IMG/VR virus record: IMGVR_UViG_3300032731_001452
Span: 5,218-69,217 of that record
From: a virus
DNA length: 64,000 nucleotides
Strand: one strand, 5' to 3'
Shown here: in pieces, positions 19,647 through 28,933 of the stretch
Position numbering within the stretch: the first letter of the stretch is position 1
Layout of the letters: every line of letters begins with the position of its first letter
Position numbers and translations under genes: made by a program
Notes under the pieces: generated by a model
Databases searched by the model: none
Told to the model about the DNA's origin: nothing
What the model saw: the letters and a program-made list of their open reading frames with translations, nothing else

Positions 19647-20399
19647 GTGGCAAAGAGGGTCAAGTTGAATCACATCGATCTGTACAAGTTACGAATCGTG
19701 CCCCTGGACGCCAAGACGCTAACGGTCATGCGGGCGTGTCCGGAAGAGGCTAAACGTTGGACGGATCCTGACGTCGAACGCACGCTCTACGCATTCGCTA
19801 TGTGCCAGATCCCAAAAAGCTACTGGTATCATAAAATTCAAACGTTGCCGTGTGGGTCTAATCAGTTCACGAATGACGTGGAAAGTTACGTTGAACATCT
19901 AGACGAGTTTATTAATAAGCAACATGTAGGATTGCTTATTTCAGGTAGTCCTGGTGTAGGTAAGACGTTTCTTGCGGCTCATATCGCCAAACAAGCTGTC
20001 CAACAAAATTTTTCGGTTTGGTTTTACGACAACAACAACTTCACAAAAGACGTCATGGACGCCATGAGAGACAAAAGCGTAGAGCGTCGCGTCGATACCA
20101 TCACCAACAAAGCTGAAGTGCTTATCATCGACAACGTTATGAATGGTTGGACTGGAAAAATCCACCCTCTTATGTGTAACAAGTTAGAATCTATTTTAGA
20201 AGCTCGTCGGGGGCGCGGCGTAACCATCTTCACTACGCTAATTCAAGAGGCAACTAACAAAGAGGAAAACCAAAAACCAATGCCGCCAAGGTTGTGGTCC
20301 CTCGTTCAAGAAGCAATGCACGTTATAAAAATCAAGGGCGTTCAAGACATGCGCCCACTCAAGGCGAAAAACGTCTTCAAGCAAGTGGTGGGCTCGTGA
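19647..20399 (+). CDS. DnaC/IstB-like AAA+ ATPase (helicase loader)
   Basis: GLLISGSPGVGKT, VLIIDN and TIFTT; directly upstream of DnaB. Confidence 0.85.
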   Translation: MAKRVKLNHIDLYKLRIVPLDAKTLTVMRACPEEAKRWTDPDVERTLYAFAMCQIPKSYWYHKIQTLPCGSNQFTNDVESYVEHLDEFINKQHVGLLISGSPGVGKTFLAAHIAKQAVQQNFSVWFYDNNNFTKDVMDAMRDKSVERRVDTITNKAEVLIIDNVMNGWTGKIHPLMCNKLESILEARRGRGVTIFTTLIQEATNKEENQKPMPPRLWSLVQEAMHVIKIKGVQDMRPLKAKNVFKQVVGS

Positions 20400-21766
20400 G
20401 CACGCCTACGCCCGACGAAATCCTGATTGGCAGCGCTCTCAAAAACGCTCCCGTTCACGACTATCTCGACGAAGGCGGTCTTCCTACAGACGCGTTTGAT
20501 GAACCAACCCCACACCGTATCTGGGGTTTGTTTCGTGACTACTTTCAAAAACATGGCGACATTCCAGATTTAGATCTCTTACAAGATCTGGCAACTCAAG
20601 AAATCCCGGATCACGCCGACGATATTATCGCGTACGCGCGACGTGCGCGTAACGCCGTCGAAGATCGGAATATCGACGGTTCCAAGATCGATTACTACAT
20701 CCGAAGACTTCTTGACACCCACGAAGACATCGACCTTCGACGCAAGCTCGGATCTGCCATTGACATCCTACGGCAAGAAGGACCCACGGCGTGTCTGGAT
20801 TACTTGCAAGGTGCCACAACGGTCGAAGCGGCGATTACCGACACCGTCAAAACCACAGACCTCGTCGAAGACTTTGAAGAACGAGAAAAAGACGTTCTTG
20901 ATCGCCGCGAAAATCCGCAAGAAAGTAACGCCATCCCGCTTGGGATAGAGCCGATCGACCGCGTGCTCAACGGTGGTCTTCTAGGCGGCGAGTTAATGGT
21001 ATTCGCCGCTATTCCGGGTGGGGGAAAATCCGTCAGCCTCATGGACGTAGCTATTTCGTCCGCCGAGCAGGGTCGAAAAGTTCATTTCTTCACGATTGAA
21101 ATGGGCTTGGTTCAGACGGCGTTTCGTGGTTATTCACGTATGTCGGGTGTTTCAACGAAACACTTCCGCAACGCCGAAAATATCACCGATCAAGATCTGG
21201 AAATGTGGCGCGCTTCCGTTAAGAAGCTACGGCAAGTCGCTGGCGCTGGCGTTAAAATTACGTCCATTCCAGAGCACGCTTCCGTCCGCTTTATGCGCGC
21301 TGAACTAGCGAGGCTTGAACGGAAAGAAGGTTGGAAACCAGACTTGATTTTGGTCGACTACGCCGGAATCATGAGGCCTTCAGGTGACGGTCAGTACAAA
21401 AACGAATCGGACTGGGCGTACGTCGGCCAGAACGTCAAAGACCTAAAGGTGTGGGCTATCAGTGCTGACATTCCCGTCATCTCAGCTGTACAGCTGTTAC
21501 CAGACGCTATCGGGAAAGACTCGCTGACCTTCAAAGATCTAGGTCTGTCAAAAATCCTTATCGCGGCTACTTGCGATGTAATCGTCGCTTTCATTCCTTT
21601 GTCTCCTGAAGAACTCGAGTTTGTTGAAATACTGACTCTGCGCCTACAATGGTTGAAAGCGCGAGAAGGAACCGAGGACGAAAACGGTAAGCCCGTGTTG
21701 TTTACCGATCTAACGCCTAACTTCAGTGAAATCAGAATCCACGCTCCATCCGGTGCGGTAGCTTAG
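20396..21766 (+). CDS. dnaB: Replicative DnaB-like helicase
   Basis: Probable GTG start in a GTGA overlap; IPLGIEPIDRVLNGG, AAIPGGGKS, FFTIEM, LILVDY, VISAVQL and KARE. Confidence 0.9.
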   Translation: MSTPTPDEILIGSALKNAPVHDYLDEGGLPTDAFDEPTPHRIWGLFRDYFQKHGDIPDLDLLQDLATQEIPDHADDIIAYARRARNAVEDRNIDGSKIDYYIRRLLDTHEDIDLRRKLGSAIDILRQEGPTACLDYLQGATTVEAAITDTVKTTDLVEDFEEREKDVLDRRENPQESNAIPLGIEPIDRVLNGGLLGGELMVFAAIPGGGKSVSLMDVAISSAEQGRKVHFFTIEMGLVQTAFRGYSRMSGVSTKHFRNAENITDQDLEMWRASVKKLRQVAGAGVKITSIPEHASVRFMRAELARLERKEGWKPDLILVDYAGIMRPSGDGQYKNESDWAYVGQNVKDLKVWAISADIPVISAVQLLPDAIGKDSLTFKDLGLSKILIAATCDVIVAFIPLSPEELEFVEILTLRLQWLKAREGTEDENGKPVLFTDLTPNFSEIRIHAPSGAVA

Positions 21767-21777
21767 TAGAGGAAAAA

Positions 21778-22623
21778 ATGAGCGCATCTCCAATTTTTCG
21801 TTGGGTCGGTGGGAAACGGCAACTATTGCGGAAGCTAGAACCATTCATTCCGGACGACTTCAACGTCTACTACGAACCGTTCTTCGGTGGAGGCGCGTTG
21901 TTTTTCCACCTGGAACCCCGTCAAGCTATCGTGAACGACGCGAATCGCGCACTCATGAATGCGTACCACCAACTCTCGCAAGCGCCGAATGAGTTGCTTA
22001 ACCGCGTAGCTGCGACGCTGGAATCATTTACGAGCGAACAGTACTACAGCGCACGTGAACGCTACAACGATCTACGGTCGCAGCTTTATGGAACCTTCCC
22101 CGTAAACAGTTTCGACGCTGTCGAGTTAGCTTACTTGTTTATTTACCTAAACAAAACAAACTTCAATGGTTTGTGGCGGGAAAACAAAAGCGGGGAGTAT
22201 AACGCTCCAATTGGAAAGTTTGCTACAACACCAACCGTCAAGATTGCTAATACCATTGAAGCCGCTAGAATTCTTGATGGAACCGTAATGATGTCGTGCG
22301 ATTTCGAGGAAACGACTCGAGAAGCTTCTACTGGAGACCTGGTTTATTTTGACCCGCCTTACGACAAGGAAACGCCTGACGCCTTTAGCTCGTTTACGGC
22401 TGGTGGATTTTCGTCTAAAGACCAGTGTCGACTTTCTTTTGTTATGCACGAATTAGCTGATAAAGGCGTTTACGTTATTCTGTCAAATAGCGACACGTCT
22501 TTGATTCGTTCGTTGTATGATGATATGTTCATTCACGAAGTTCACGAACGACGCTCAATTAATTCAGACACTGAAAAACGCGCTGGTATAAAAACCCTCA
22601 TTATTACTAACTTCGAGAACTAA
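21778..22623 (+). CDS. dam: Dam-family DNA adenine methyltransferase
   Basis: RWVGGK, YYEPFFGGGA, FDPPY and LSNSD. Confidence 0.93.
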   Translation: MSASPIFRWVGGKRQLLRKLEPFIPDDFNVYYEPFFGGGALFFHLEPRQAIVNDANRALMNAYHQLSQAPNELLNRVAATLESFTSEQYYSARERYNDLRSQLYGTFPVNSFDAVELAYLFIYLNKTNFNGLWRENKSGEYNAPIGKFATTPTVKIANTIEAARILDGTVMMSCDFEETTREASTGDLVYFDPPYDKETPDAFSSFTAGGFSSKDQCRLSFVMHELADKGVYVILSNSDTSLIRSLYDDMFIHEVHERRSINSDTEKRAGIKTLIITNFEN

Positions 22624-22624
22624 C

Positions 22625-23113
22625 ATGGTAATCTTCCCCGACAATCACGATTGCATGTCAAAAAGTACCATTCTTCAATCTCGCGATTTGGGGGCGCATA
22701 CCAAAAAAAGACTCCGTATCTGTAAGGTATGCAGTAGGCTATTTTCTACGATTGAAACTTTTAAGGGAATGTCTACAGTTTCAGATGAACGGACTCAGAT
22801 TGTAGTAAAAATAGACAAGATAATTCTCACGGTTTGCGAAGCGTGCGAAATAAATAGAAAAGATTTACTCGGAAAAAAACGTAACCAACCGTTAGCTTTG
22901 ATTCGACAGGTAGCTATGTATCTATGTCATGAAAGTGGATACAATTACGCTGAAATCGGCGAAGTATTTGATAGACATTACTCAACCGTTATAGGTGGGT
23001 GCAAAAGCGTCGAAGAAAGAAAAGACAGCAACCAAGCAATTAAACGTTTTTTGTTACTAGTAAAATTCTATCACGATAATGACGATGAGCAACAAATTGC
23101 TGAAATTGATTAG
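22625..23113 (+). CDS. NrdR-like Zn ribbon fused to DnaA C-terminal HTH domain
   Basis: STILQSR...RLRICKVCSRLFSTIE followed by LLGKKRNQPLALIRQVAMYL...AEIGEVFDRHYSTVI. Confidence 0.75.
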   Translation: MVIFPDNHDCMSKSTILQSRDLGAHTKKRLRICKVCSRLFSTIETFKGMSTVSDERTQIVVKIDKIILTVCEACEINRKDLLGKKRNQPLALIRQVAMYLCHESGYNYAEIGEVFDRHYSTVIGGCKSVEERKDSNQAIKRFLLLVKFYHDNDDEQQIAEID

Positions 23114-23278
23114 CTATTTTACTAAAAAGTCACCGTCCCGATTAGCCCCTCGAGTCCACGGCGGCTTTACCTCCGATTCTTTCGACGGCGTCTTCGAGAC
23201 GTTTCGCCCACCTTTATAAGGCGTTTCTCCAAGATCTTCTGGGCGTTGACCCTTTTTCTTCTTAGCGTTTTCCGCCAT
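23114..23278 (-). CDS. Small basic protein (54 aa)
   Basis: Not in the ORF track; GGAGG RBS, MAENAKKKKGQRPEDLGETPYKGG...FLVK*. Confidence 0.5.
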   Translation of the reverse strand: MAENAKKKKGQRPEDLGETPYKGGRNVSKTPSKESEVKPPWTRGANRDGDFLVK

Positions 23279-23416
23279 CGTTTCCTCCAGTTGTCCACGT
23301 AAATCCTAAGAACTATGTTAGTTACTTCATTTTTATGATGCAACCGAAATCGATCCGACGGTATCTTAGATTAATGGAAATGTGCAACAACGCACCTAAA
23401 ATCAAGGAGATTTGAT

Positions 23417-24115
23417 ATGGGAACCCCACGCGAACAAGGTGATCTTCCTGTCGGTATGATCGGCGCGGCCGATGATACGATGTTTGTTGGTTCGCCGCAC
23501 CGAAGTCACGGATACATGTACTTCAGCGGCGTCGTCGTCCAGGACGAGTTCGTCACCATCGGCGGTCGCGTCTACCAGTTCACCGCAACTGGCGTTGTAA
23601 CGGTCGCGACTTACGTGGCGGTTGACGTCGCTGCCGGTCTCACCGCTGCCATCGCTAGCGCCGCACTCGTGGCCGCCATCAATGGCGACACTTACGCTGG
23701 CGTAACGGCCGGTCTGATGACTGGTGACACCGTTTCTCTCGTCGGTGATGACGAAACCAACATGGCTCTCGCCGAGGCGACCACCAACGTGGACCTCAGT
23801 GCAGCGCTCATGACCAACGGCGCGGTGGATACCCAGAAGGTACTCGCCGAAGATCGTTACACGATGACTACGCAGGATCTCGCTGTCCTGGCCGTTCCTG
23901 GCGAAGTGGTCATCGGGTCCGCTACTTTCGTCGGCACCCCGCACCTGCGCGGTCTGATCATCATGGACATCAACGGCGATCTGAAGCCCGTCACCGCGAC
24001 TGATGTCGCCGCCTACTGGGAGCTGGTCAGCGGCCACCTGTATCGACTGGTTGTCACGGACAACAACACGATCTTCGTGCTTGGCGACACCATCGACTGG
24101 ATCGGCATCGGTTAA
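23417..24115 (+). CDS. Putative virion structural/decoration protein
   Basis: AAGGAG RBS, capsid-like codon bias, A/T/V/G-rich. Confidence 0.6.
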   Translation: MGTPREQGDLPVGMIGAADDTMFVGSPHRSHGYMYFSGVVVQDEFVTIGGRVYQFTATGVVTVATYVAVDVAAGLTAAIASAALVAAINGDTYAGVTAGLMTGDTVSLVGDDETNMALAEATTNVDLSAALMTNGAVDTQKVLAEDRYTMTTQDLAVLAVPGEVVIGSATFVGTPHLRGLIIMDINGDLKPVTATDVAAYWELVSGHLYRLVVTDNNTIFVLGDTIDWIGIG

Positions 24116-24142
24116 CCCCCAAACATCTAACTACAAACGCTC

Positions 24143-24170
24143 ACCGAGCGGCTGGAAACAGCCGCTCGGT
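24143..24170. terminator. Intrinsic terminator hairpin between convergent genes
   Basis: ACCGAGCGGCTG-GAAA-CAGCCGCTCGGT perfect 12-bp stem; T-tract about 10 nt downstream. Confidence 0.75.
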
Positions 24171-24199
24171 TAGTCGTGACTTTTTCTTTTAAAAAATCA

Positions 24200-24222
24200 A
24201 AAGTTTGCGGCTTGCAAACTTT
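24200..24222. repeat. Dispersed palindrome copy 2
   Basis: Identical 23-mer abutting the TGA of ORF 24223-24555. Confidence 0.95.
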
Positions 24223-24555
24223 TCAGGAACTACAAAAATCAGGCGCGTTTGCATCGCAAACGATAGAGAACTTACTCGCAACCAAAAAAGCGGCTACGGG
24301 AAACGTTCGAATATCACCGCTAACATCTACAACGCGCGCGTGGAAGTAATAGATACCCGTTTGATCTAGATCGTCGGTAACGATGGTATAGCTCAATTCA
24401 CCGGGATTTACGACATCAACCGTGGCTGTCCACGTGTACTCCAAACCATCGGGCTTTCGCACGCGGAACTCTGTGACAGTAGCTCCGGTCAGGTCGATAA
24501 GAACGGAAGCGGTGATAACATCGCCAGTGTCGTTCAGGTAAAAAGTATCAGACAT
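24223..24555 (-). CDS. BppU-like Ig-fold virion protein
   Basis: DTG...IDLTGAT...VRKPDG...GELSYTIVTDDLDQTGIY motif. Confidence 0.7.
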   Translation of the reverse strand: MSDTFYLNDTGDVITASVLIDLTGATVTEFRVRKPDGLEYTWTATVDVVNPGELSYTIVTDDLDQTGIYYFHARVVDVSGDIRTFPVAAFLVASKFSIVCDANAPDFCSS

Positions 24556-24598
24556 AAGTTACCGCCAGAATTACTCTACGTGATGTTCCCGTACATCA

Positions 24599-24988
24599 TC
24601 ATTTGGTTGAATTCGCCAATGGTACAGCAGCGATCACCAATGCCGACGCCTTGCGCTTCTTGACCTTGCCCTTGTCGTCGAGGTACAGCACCTCTTGATC
24701 GGGCGGTGTGATGCCTTGCTTCGCCAGCGCGTCCCCTGCCAGCGTCGTGATCATCGCCTGCACCTGCTCGCGATACACCTCGGGCGGTCCTGTGACCTCC
24801 GGGTCAAGCGTGGCGTACTCGTCTTCCTGTTCGGCATCGGGCTCCATCAGTGCGCCAGCCTTGGTGATAGGGATTACCAGGTTCCCGGCTGGGTTGTAGA
24901 GGCCGCCATCGCCCGCTGTGTAGTCGTCGGGCACGATGTAGTCGATGTCTTTGGATGTGTCGTCAATCCACCATCTGTGTTTCTTCAT
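24599..24988 (-). CDS. Hypothetical protein
   Basis: 129 aa with GGAG RBS. Confidence 0.6.
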   Translation of the reverse strand: MKKHRWWIDDTSKDIDYIVPDDYTAGDGGLYNPAGNLVIPITKAGALMEPDAEQEDEYATLDPEVTGPPEVYREQVQAMITTLAGDALAKQGITPPDQEVLYLDDKGKVKKRKASALVIAAVPLANSTK

Positions 24989-24997
24989 GGTCTCCTC

Positions 24998-25972
24998 CTA
25001 TTCGTAGACCGGCGCGTAGACACCACCGACCCCGAAAGCACTGAAGTGTCCAGAGGACGCGAATTTCAACGACTGGGCATAGGCCATGCTTGCATGTGGC
25101 GTGTCGGCAAGGTCCGCGTATGCAACGATATATGTATCAACCGCCACATCGTGATAGATATATTTACCGGTCGCGTCTGGAACCGTGCCCGTGCTGATAG
25201 TGGCGTAAACCGTATCATGGAACTTGAGCGAGATGGTCCAATAGTCCGTCCCGTTATTTGTGCCCCATGCGTATGTGGTCGCCTTGAAGGTCCTCGCGAT
25301 AAACCCAGCGGACCCATCGGGTAGGGCAATGTTTAGCTGTGTCAACGCCGTTCCGTCGATGTTGAACGGCGCGTCAAATGGTCCGGATGTTCCAATGTTC
25401 AGATCCTGCCCGACCCAATAGTCGGTACCGCCCACCGTTTCCATGTGCACAGTGACATTTTCCGTGCCGTACCAGAGTTCGTCGCCCTCAGCCACCGCGC
25501 AAAGGCTACCGTCTGCCGGGGCGTAGGTGGCTATCGCGTCGCCGCTGGCCAGGTAGATCGTGCGGCCGATACGCCAGGGGCCGGCCGTCGTGCCGGATAG
25601 CGTGACGTCGGGGTCAACTTCGAAGATCGCGCCCGCCGTCGCAGTCAGGCAAGCGGTAGCGCTCACCGTCATGCAGCCCGTCAAGCGTGCGATCTCTCCA
25701 GTCCCCGGACTCGCCACCGTGAACACGGGTCCAGCGCCAGTGCCGATCACCGGGTTGCCGATTCCATGAATAACACCGCCGTCAGGAACAGCGCCGGGGT
25801 TCTCGGCGTACGTGCCGCCGAACACCAGCACGGTCATCTGGCCCACACCCATCGCGGCAATAGCCTCTGTTACGGTGGCGAACATCGCCCCACCATTGGC
25901 AGAAACAGTGATCGCATTTGCCGGGACCGACCAGGGATTTGTCTGCTGACTTGAACGAGTAACACCCATCAC
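24998..25972 (-). CDS. Putative virion appendage protein (pectin-lyase-like N-terminus)
   Basis: ITVSANGGAMFATVTEAIAA...VLVFGGTYAE beta-helix cap motif. Confidence 0.6.
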   Translation of the reverse strand: MMGVTRSSQQTNPWSVPANAITVSANGGAMFATVTEAIAAMGVGQMTVLVFGGTYAENPGAVPDGGVIHGIGNPVIGTGAGPVFTVASPGTGEIARLTGCMTVSATACLTATAGAIFEVDPDVTLSGTTAGPWRIGRTIYLASGDAIATYAPADGSLCAVAEGDELWYGTENVTVHMETVGGTDYWVGQDLNIGTSGPFDAPFNIDGTALTQLNIALPDGSAGFIARTFKATTYAWGTNNGTDYWTISLKFHDTVYATISTGTVPDATGKYIYHDVAVDTYIVAYADLADTPHASMAYAQSLKFASSGHFSAFGVGGVYAPVYE

Positions 25973-27930
25973 ACGGCTCCAATTTTCTTGACGATTGAAT
26001 GGTTACCCTGGACGTCAGCGAAGGCCACCTTATCACCTGCGTCCATCTCCAGGCAGATGTAGCGCGAGGTCACAGTGGTGAGATCAAGCGACGACCCGAC
26101 GCCGCCGTCATTGATGACCCACATATCGAACATGCCAGAAACGTGTCGGTCCAGGTGGAGCAAGTACCAGTCTTCTGCGGGCGTCAACCCGATGAAATGG
26201 CCCAGCTCCGTTAGGCCACCGCCCACGCTCTCGTAGAGGTAGATCCCGTCATCGGTGTTCATGTACCGGAAGCCGTACCCGTCCTGCGTGCCAGCCTCCA
26301 GCCCGCCGATGGTGTCCGCGATGAACACCAGGTCCATGTCGTTGGCGGTGTCATCCTTCCGGACCCATATCTCCCAGGTACCGAATGCAGCTTCCTCGGT
26401 GCCCATGAACGCCAGCATGTCGACGTAGACCACGCCCGCGGTCACGCACTCGATGACCTTGCACAGCTGCCCCTCGATGGTGTCGGTGGTGATCTTGTGG
26501 GTGCCGGTGGAAACCGTGAACGGACCCAACCTTGCGCCAGCGCCGACTGACGCAGGGATCGTGACGGGCGTACCCCAATCGGTCTTGAACTGGACGGCAT
26601 TGGCACCTGCCTCGTACTTGGCCAGGATTTCATCGGCGGTCAGCTTGCGCTGGTGCATCTGGATCTGGGAGATGTCCCCGTCCAGTTCATTGAAGACAAC
26701 ACCTGAAGCCTCTTCTCCGATCCAGACGGGGGCGGCTGAACTGAAAATTCCCCCCGTGGTGGTGGTGAAGGTGTCAGTCTCCGTGAACTGCCCATCCACG
26801 TAGAAGGACACGCTGTCTGCGGATTTGTCGTACACCGCTACGACGTGGTGCAAAACACCGTCGTTGATCAAGACGCCAGACTGGTCCGTTTCTGACTCGA
26901 AGTTTGCACCCGTCGAGGAGACCCCCAGCCCGAGTCGCCCAACGGCGAAACCGAAGGACCAGGAGCGCGCAGCACCACCCGCGTACCACTTTCCGATGAT
27001 GGTCCCGCTTGCGTCAGTTGTCCGGACCCACGCTTCCCACGTCGCATCGTCCGGCACATTCATGCCGGTACCACAGAGCACGTAGCCCGCGTTCCCCACG
27101 ACGTGCATGTAGTCCCCGAGCAAGTCTCTGCCGTGGTAGACGCTGCCCTCGATGGTGCCGTCGTTCCCGTTGGGGGAGGCGTCGATGAGGCGATTACCCT
27201 GGGGCCGCATGTCGTAGGCCGCTTCCAGGTCCGTTTGGTTGCCGTCGATGCTCATGATGGGCTGGATACGGGCTGTGGGCTTGGTGGGCCAGCGTTGGTC
27301 ACGGGTCTCACCCATCAGGGTGTTGATCTCGGTGATGTCCAGCTCGCGGCTGACGACCTGGCAATCTCGAACTGAGCCAAATAGTCCTAGGGTGCCCGCT
27401 CCCGTACGGGATCCAACAGCGAACTCGCCCGCGAAGCTATCCCAGAAATCAGATGTGGCTGTACCGCTTCCAACGAGCACGCCGTCCAAGTAGAGCTTCT
27501 GTTCCTTGTCTGCTGCAATCACGGCAGCAACGTGGTGCCACACATTTTTATCAAATGCCGTAGTGTAGATCACAGCACTACCAGCGTCGATGTCATCGAA
27601 GATGTTGATGTTTCCACCGGACGAGATAAGCAAGCCCCAGCTATCATTAGCGTCAAACCACCTGTTAAAAACCCACTGATTGACCCCGATGGCGTCACAT
27701 TTGAACCAGCTGCACACCGTTACGGCTTGAAGGGTATTGAGCCCCGCGCCACAGTCCACCGTCTTGGTAGTACCGTTGTTGAAATCGAGTCCGTTCCGGC
27801 CAACGAATACCGGGTCATTTACCGGCGTCCCATCGTTCCCATTCCCGCTCAGGTCGTCGGAATGACCGGATTTGTAGTCATACCACGCCGCCAGCACGCC
27901 TTCTTCGATCAATTCTTGGAGGATGCTCAT
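25969..27930 (-). CDS. Tandem LamG/ConA-like domain virion protein
   Basis: Two repeats of D.S.NGNDGT...WHHV.AV...LY.DG...G.I.....R.L...EI. Confidence 0.85.
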   Translation of the reverse strand: MSILQELIEEGVLAAWYDYKSGHSDDLSGNGNDGTPVNDPVFVGRNGLDFNNGTTKTVDCGAGLNTLQAVTVCSWFKCDAIGVNQWVFNRWFDANDSWGLLISSGGNINIFDDIDAGSAVIYTTAFDKNVWHHVAAVIAADKEQKLYLDGVLVGSGTATSDFWDSFAGEFAVGSRTGAGTLGLFGSVRDCQVVSRELDITEINTLMGETRDQRWPTKPTARIQPIMSIDGNQTDLEAAYDMRPQGNRLIDASPNGNDGTIEGSVYHGRDLLGDYMHVVGNAGYVLCGTGMNVPDDATWEAWVRTTDASGTIIGKWYAGGAARSWSFGFAVGRLGLGVSSTGANFESETDQSGVLINDGVLHHVVAVYDKSADSVSFYVDGQFTETDTFTTTTGGIFSSAAPVWIGEEASGVVFNELDGDISQIQMHQRKLTADEILAKYEAGANAVQFKTDWGTPVTIPASVGAGARLGPFTVSTGTHKITTDTIEGQLCKVIECVTAGVVYVDMLAFMGTEEAAFGTWEIWVRKDDTANDMDLVFIADTIGGLEAGTQDGYGFRYMNTDDGIYLYESVGGGLTELGHFIGLTPAEDWYLLHLDRHVSGMFDMWVINDGGVGSSLDLTTVTSRYICLEMDAGDKVAFADVQGNHSIVKKIGAV

Positions 27931-28100
27931 GGCTTGTTTATCCCCCGTCGCTCGGTTTCGTAGATGTCAGCTATCTGAAGTGGTGTGAGTGCCTGTGCCC
28001 ACAGCTTCACCTTGGCGATGTCACCCAGGAATGGACGACCGGGGAAGGTATCCGACCCGATGGTGATTGGATCGGCCGGAAGGGTGGACTGCACGCTCAC
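27927..28100 (-). pseudogene. Orphan C-terminal fragment of a LamG domain (57 aa)
   Basis: VSVQSTLPADPITIGSDTFPGRPFLGDIAKVKLWAQALTPLQIADIYETE; overlaps both neighbours. Confidence 0.6.
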
Positions 28101-28390
28101 TTGATGACCTCCACGACCTCGACGGGTTCATCCTCGATGGGGGTCAGTTCTGAGATGCGGGCACGCATGGCCTGGTGGATCAGCTTCACGTCGCTCACAG
28201 GGATGCCCACGGCCTGGGCAATCTTGAGGTACCCTTTGCTGGCCTCCACGTCCACCAGCAGCGGGATGGCCGCTTCGATGTCAGCCTTCTTCAGGTCCGG
28301 CTTGGGTGCGGTAGCAGGCTTGGCCGGTTTCGTCAGGTCTTCAAGAGCCTTCTTGTCCACCTCGGTCTTGATCAAATCTTGGTCTGCCAT
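28097..28390 (-). CDS. Hypothetical protein
   Basis: 97 aa with GGAGG RBS. Confidence 0.6.
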   Translation of the reverse strand: MADQDLIKTEVDKKALEDLTKPAKPATAPKPDLKKADIEAAIPLLVDVEASKGYLKIAQAVGIPVSDVKLIHQAMRARISELTPIEDEPVEVVEVIK

Positions 28391-28399
28391 GTCGTCCTC

Positions 28400-28924
28400 C
28401 TACCACATCTTCTTGATATGCGCGGTCATCAGCGAATCACCAGCGCCAGCTGCTGTCACGTACACCAGTCGCACGTACTTGAAGGCCACAGGGGTGTCGA
28501 TGACCCACAGCTCGTCCGTGTCGGTGTAGGACAACGCTCCGGTAAACGCCAGCGTGATGTCCTCGTAGTCGCACGACCCCGGTGCGGTCCCGTCGTCCTG
28601 AACCGTGGCCTCCAACGTCATGGTGATGGAGTCGGTGTTGATCGTGGGCAGCAGCTGCATACAAAGGTAACGCCACCCGTCCATGTCCACGTACTCGTAG
28701 AACGTGGTGGCTGCTGCCAGGGCAGCGGTGTCCAGCGTCTTGCTGGAGTAATGGGCCGAGAGGGGGTCCACTTCTCCGATGCGAATGAATTTCCCCGCGG
28801 CGTCTTCATACGCGGAGCGCCAGCGCCCATACAGGTCCATCAAGGCTCTTACGCGAACACCGTCCGCAACCGCCGCTGGGAGGTTCGCCTTAGCGAGTCC
28901 ACGTAATACATTGCTCATCGCCAT
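28400..28924 (-). CDS. Putative virion beta-sandwich protein
   Basis: 174 aa with C-terminal FKYVRLVY jelly-roll-like motif. Confidence 0.6.
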   Translation of the reverse strand: MAMSNVLRGLAKANLPAAVADGVRVRALMDLYGRWRSAYEDAAGKFIRIGEVDPLSAHYSSKTLDTAALAAATTFYEYVDMDGWRYLCMQLLPTINTDSITMTLEATVQDDGTAPGSCDYEDITLAFTGALSYTDTDELWVIDTPVAFKYVRLVYVTAAGAGDSLMTAHIKKMW

Positions 28925-28933
28925 GTCAGTCTC

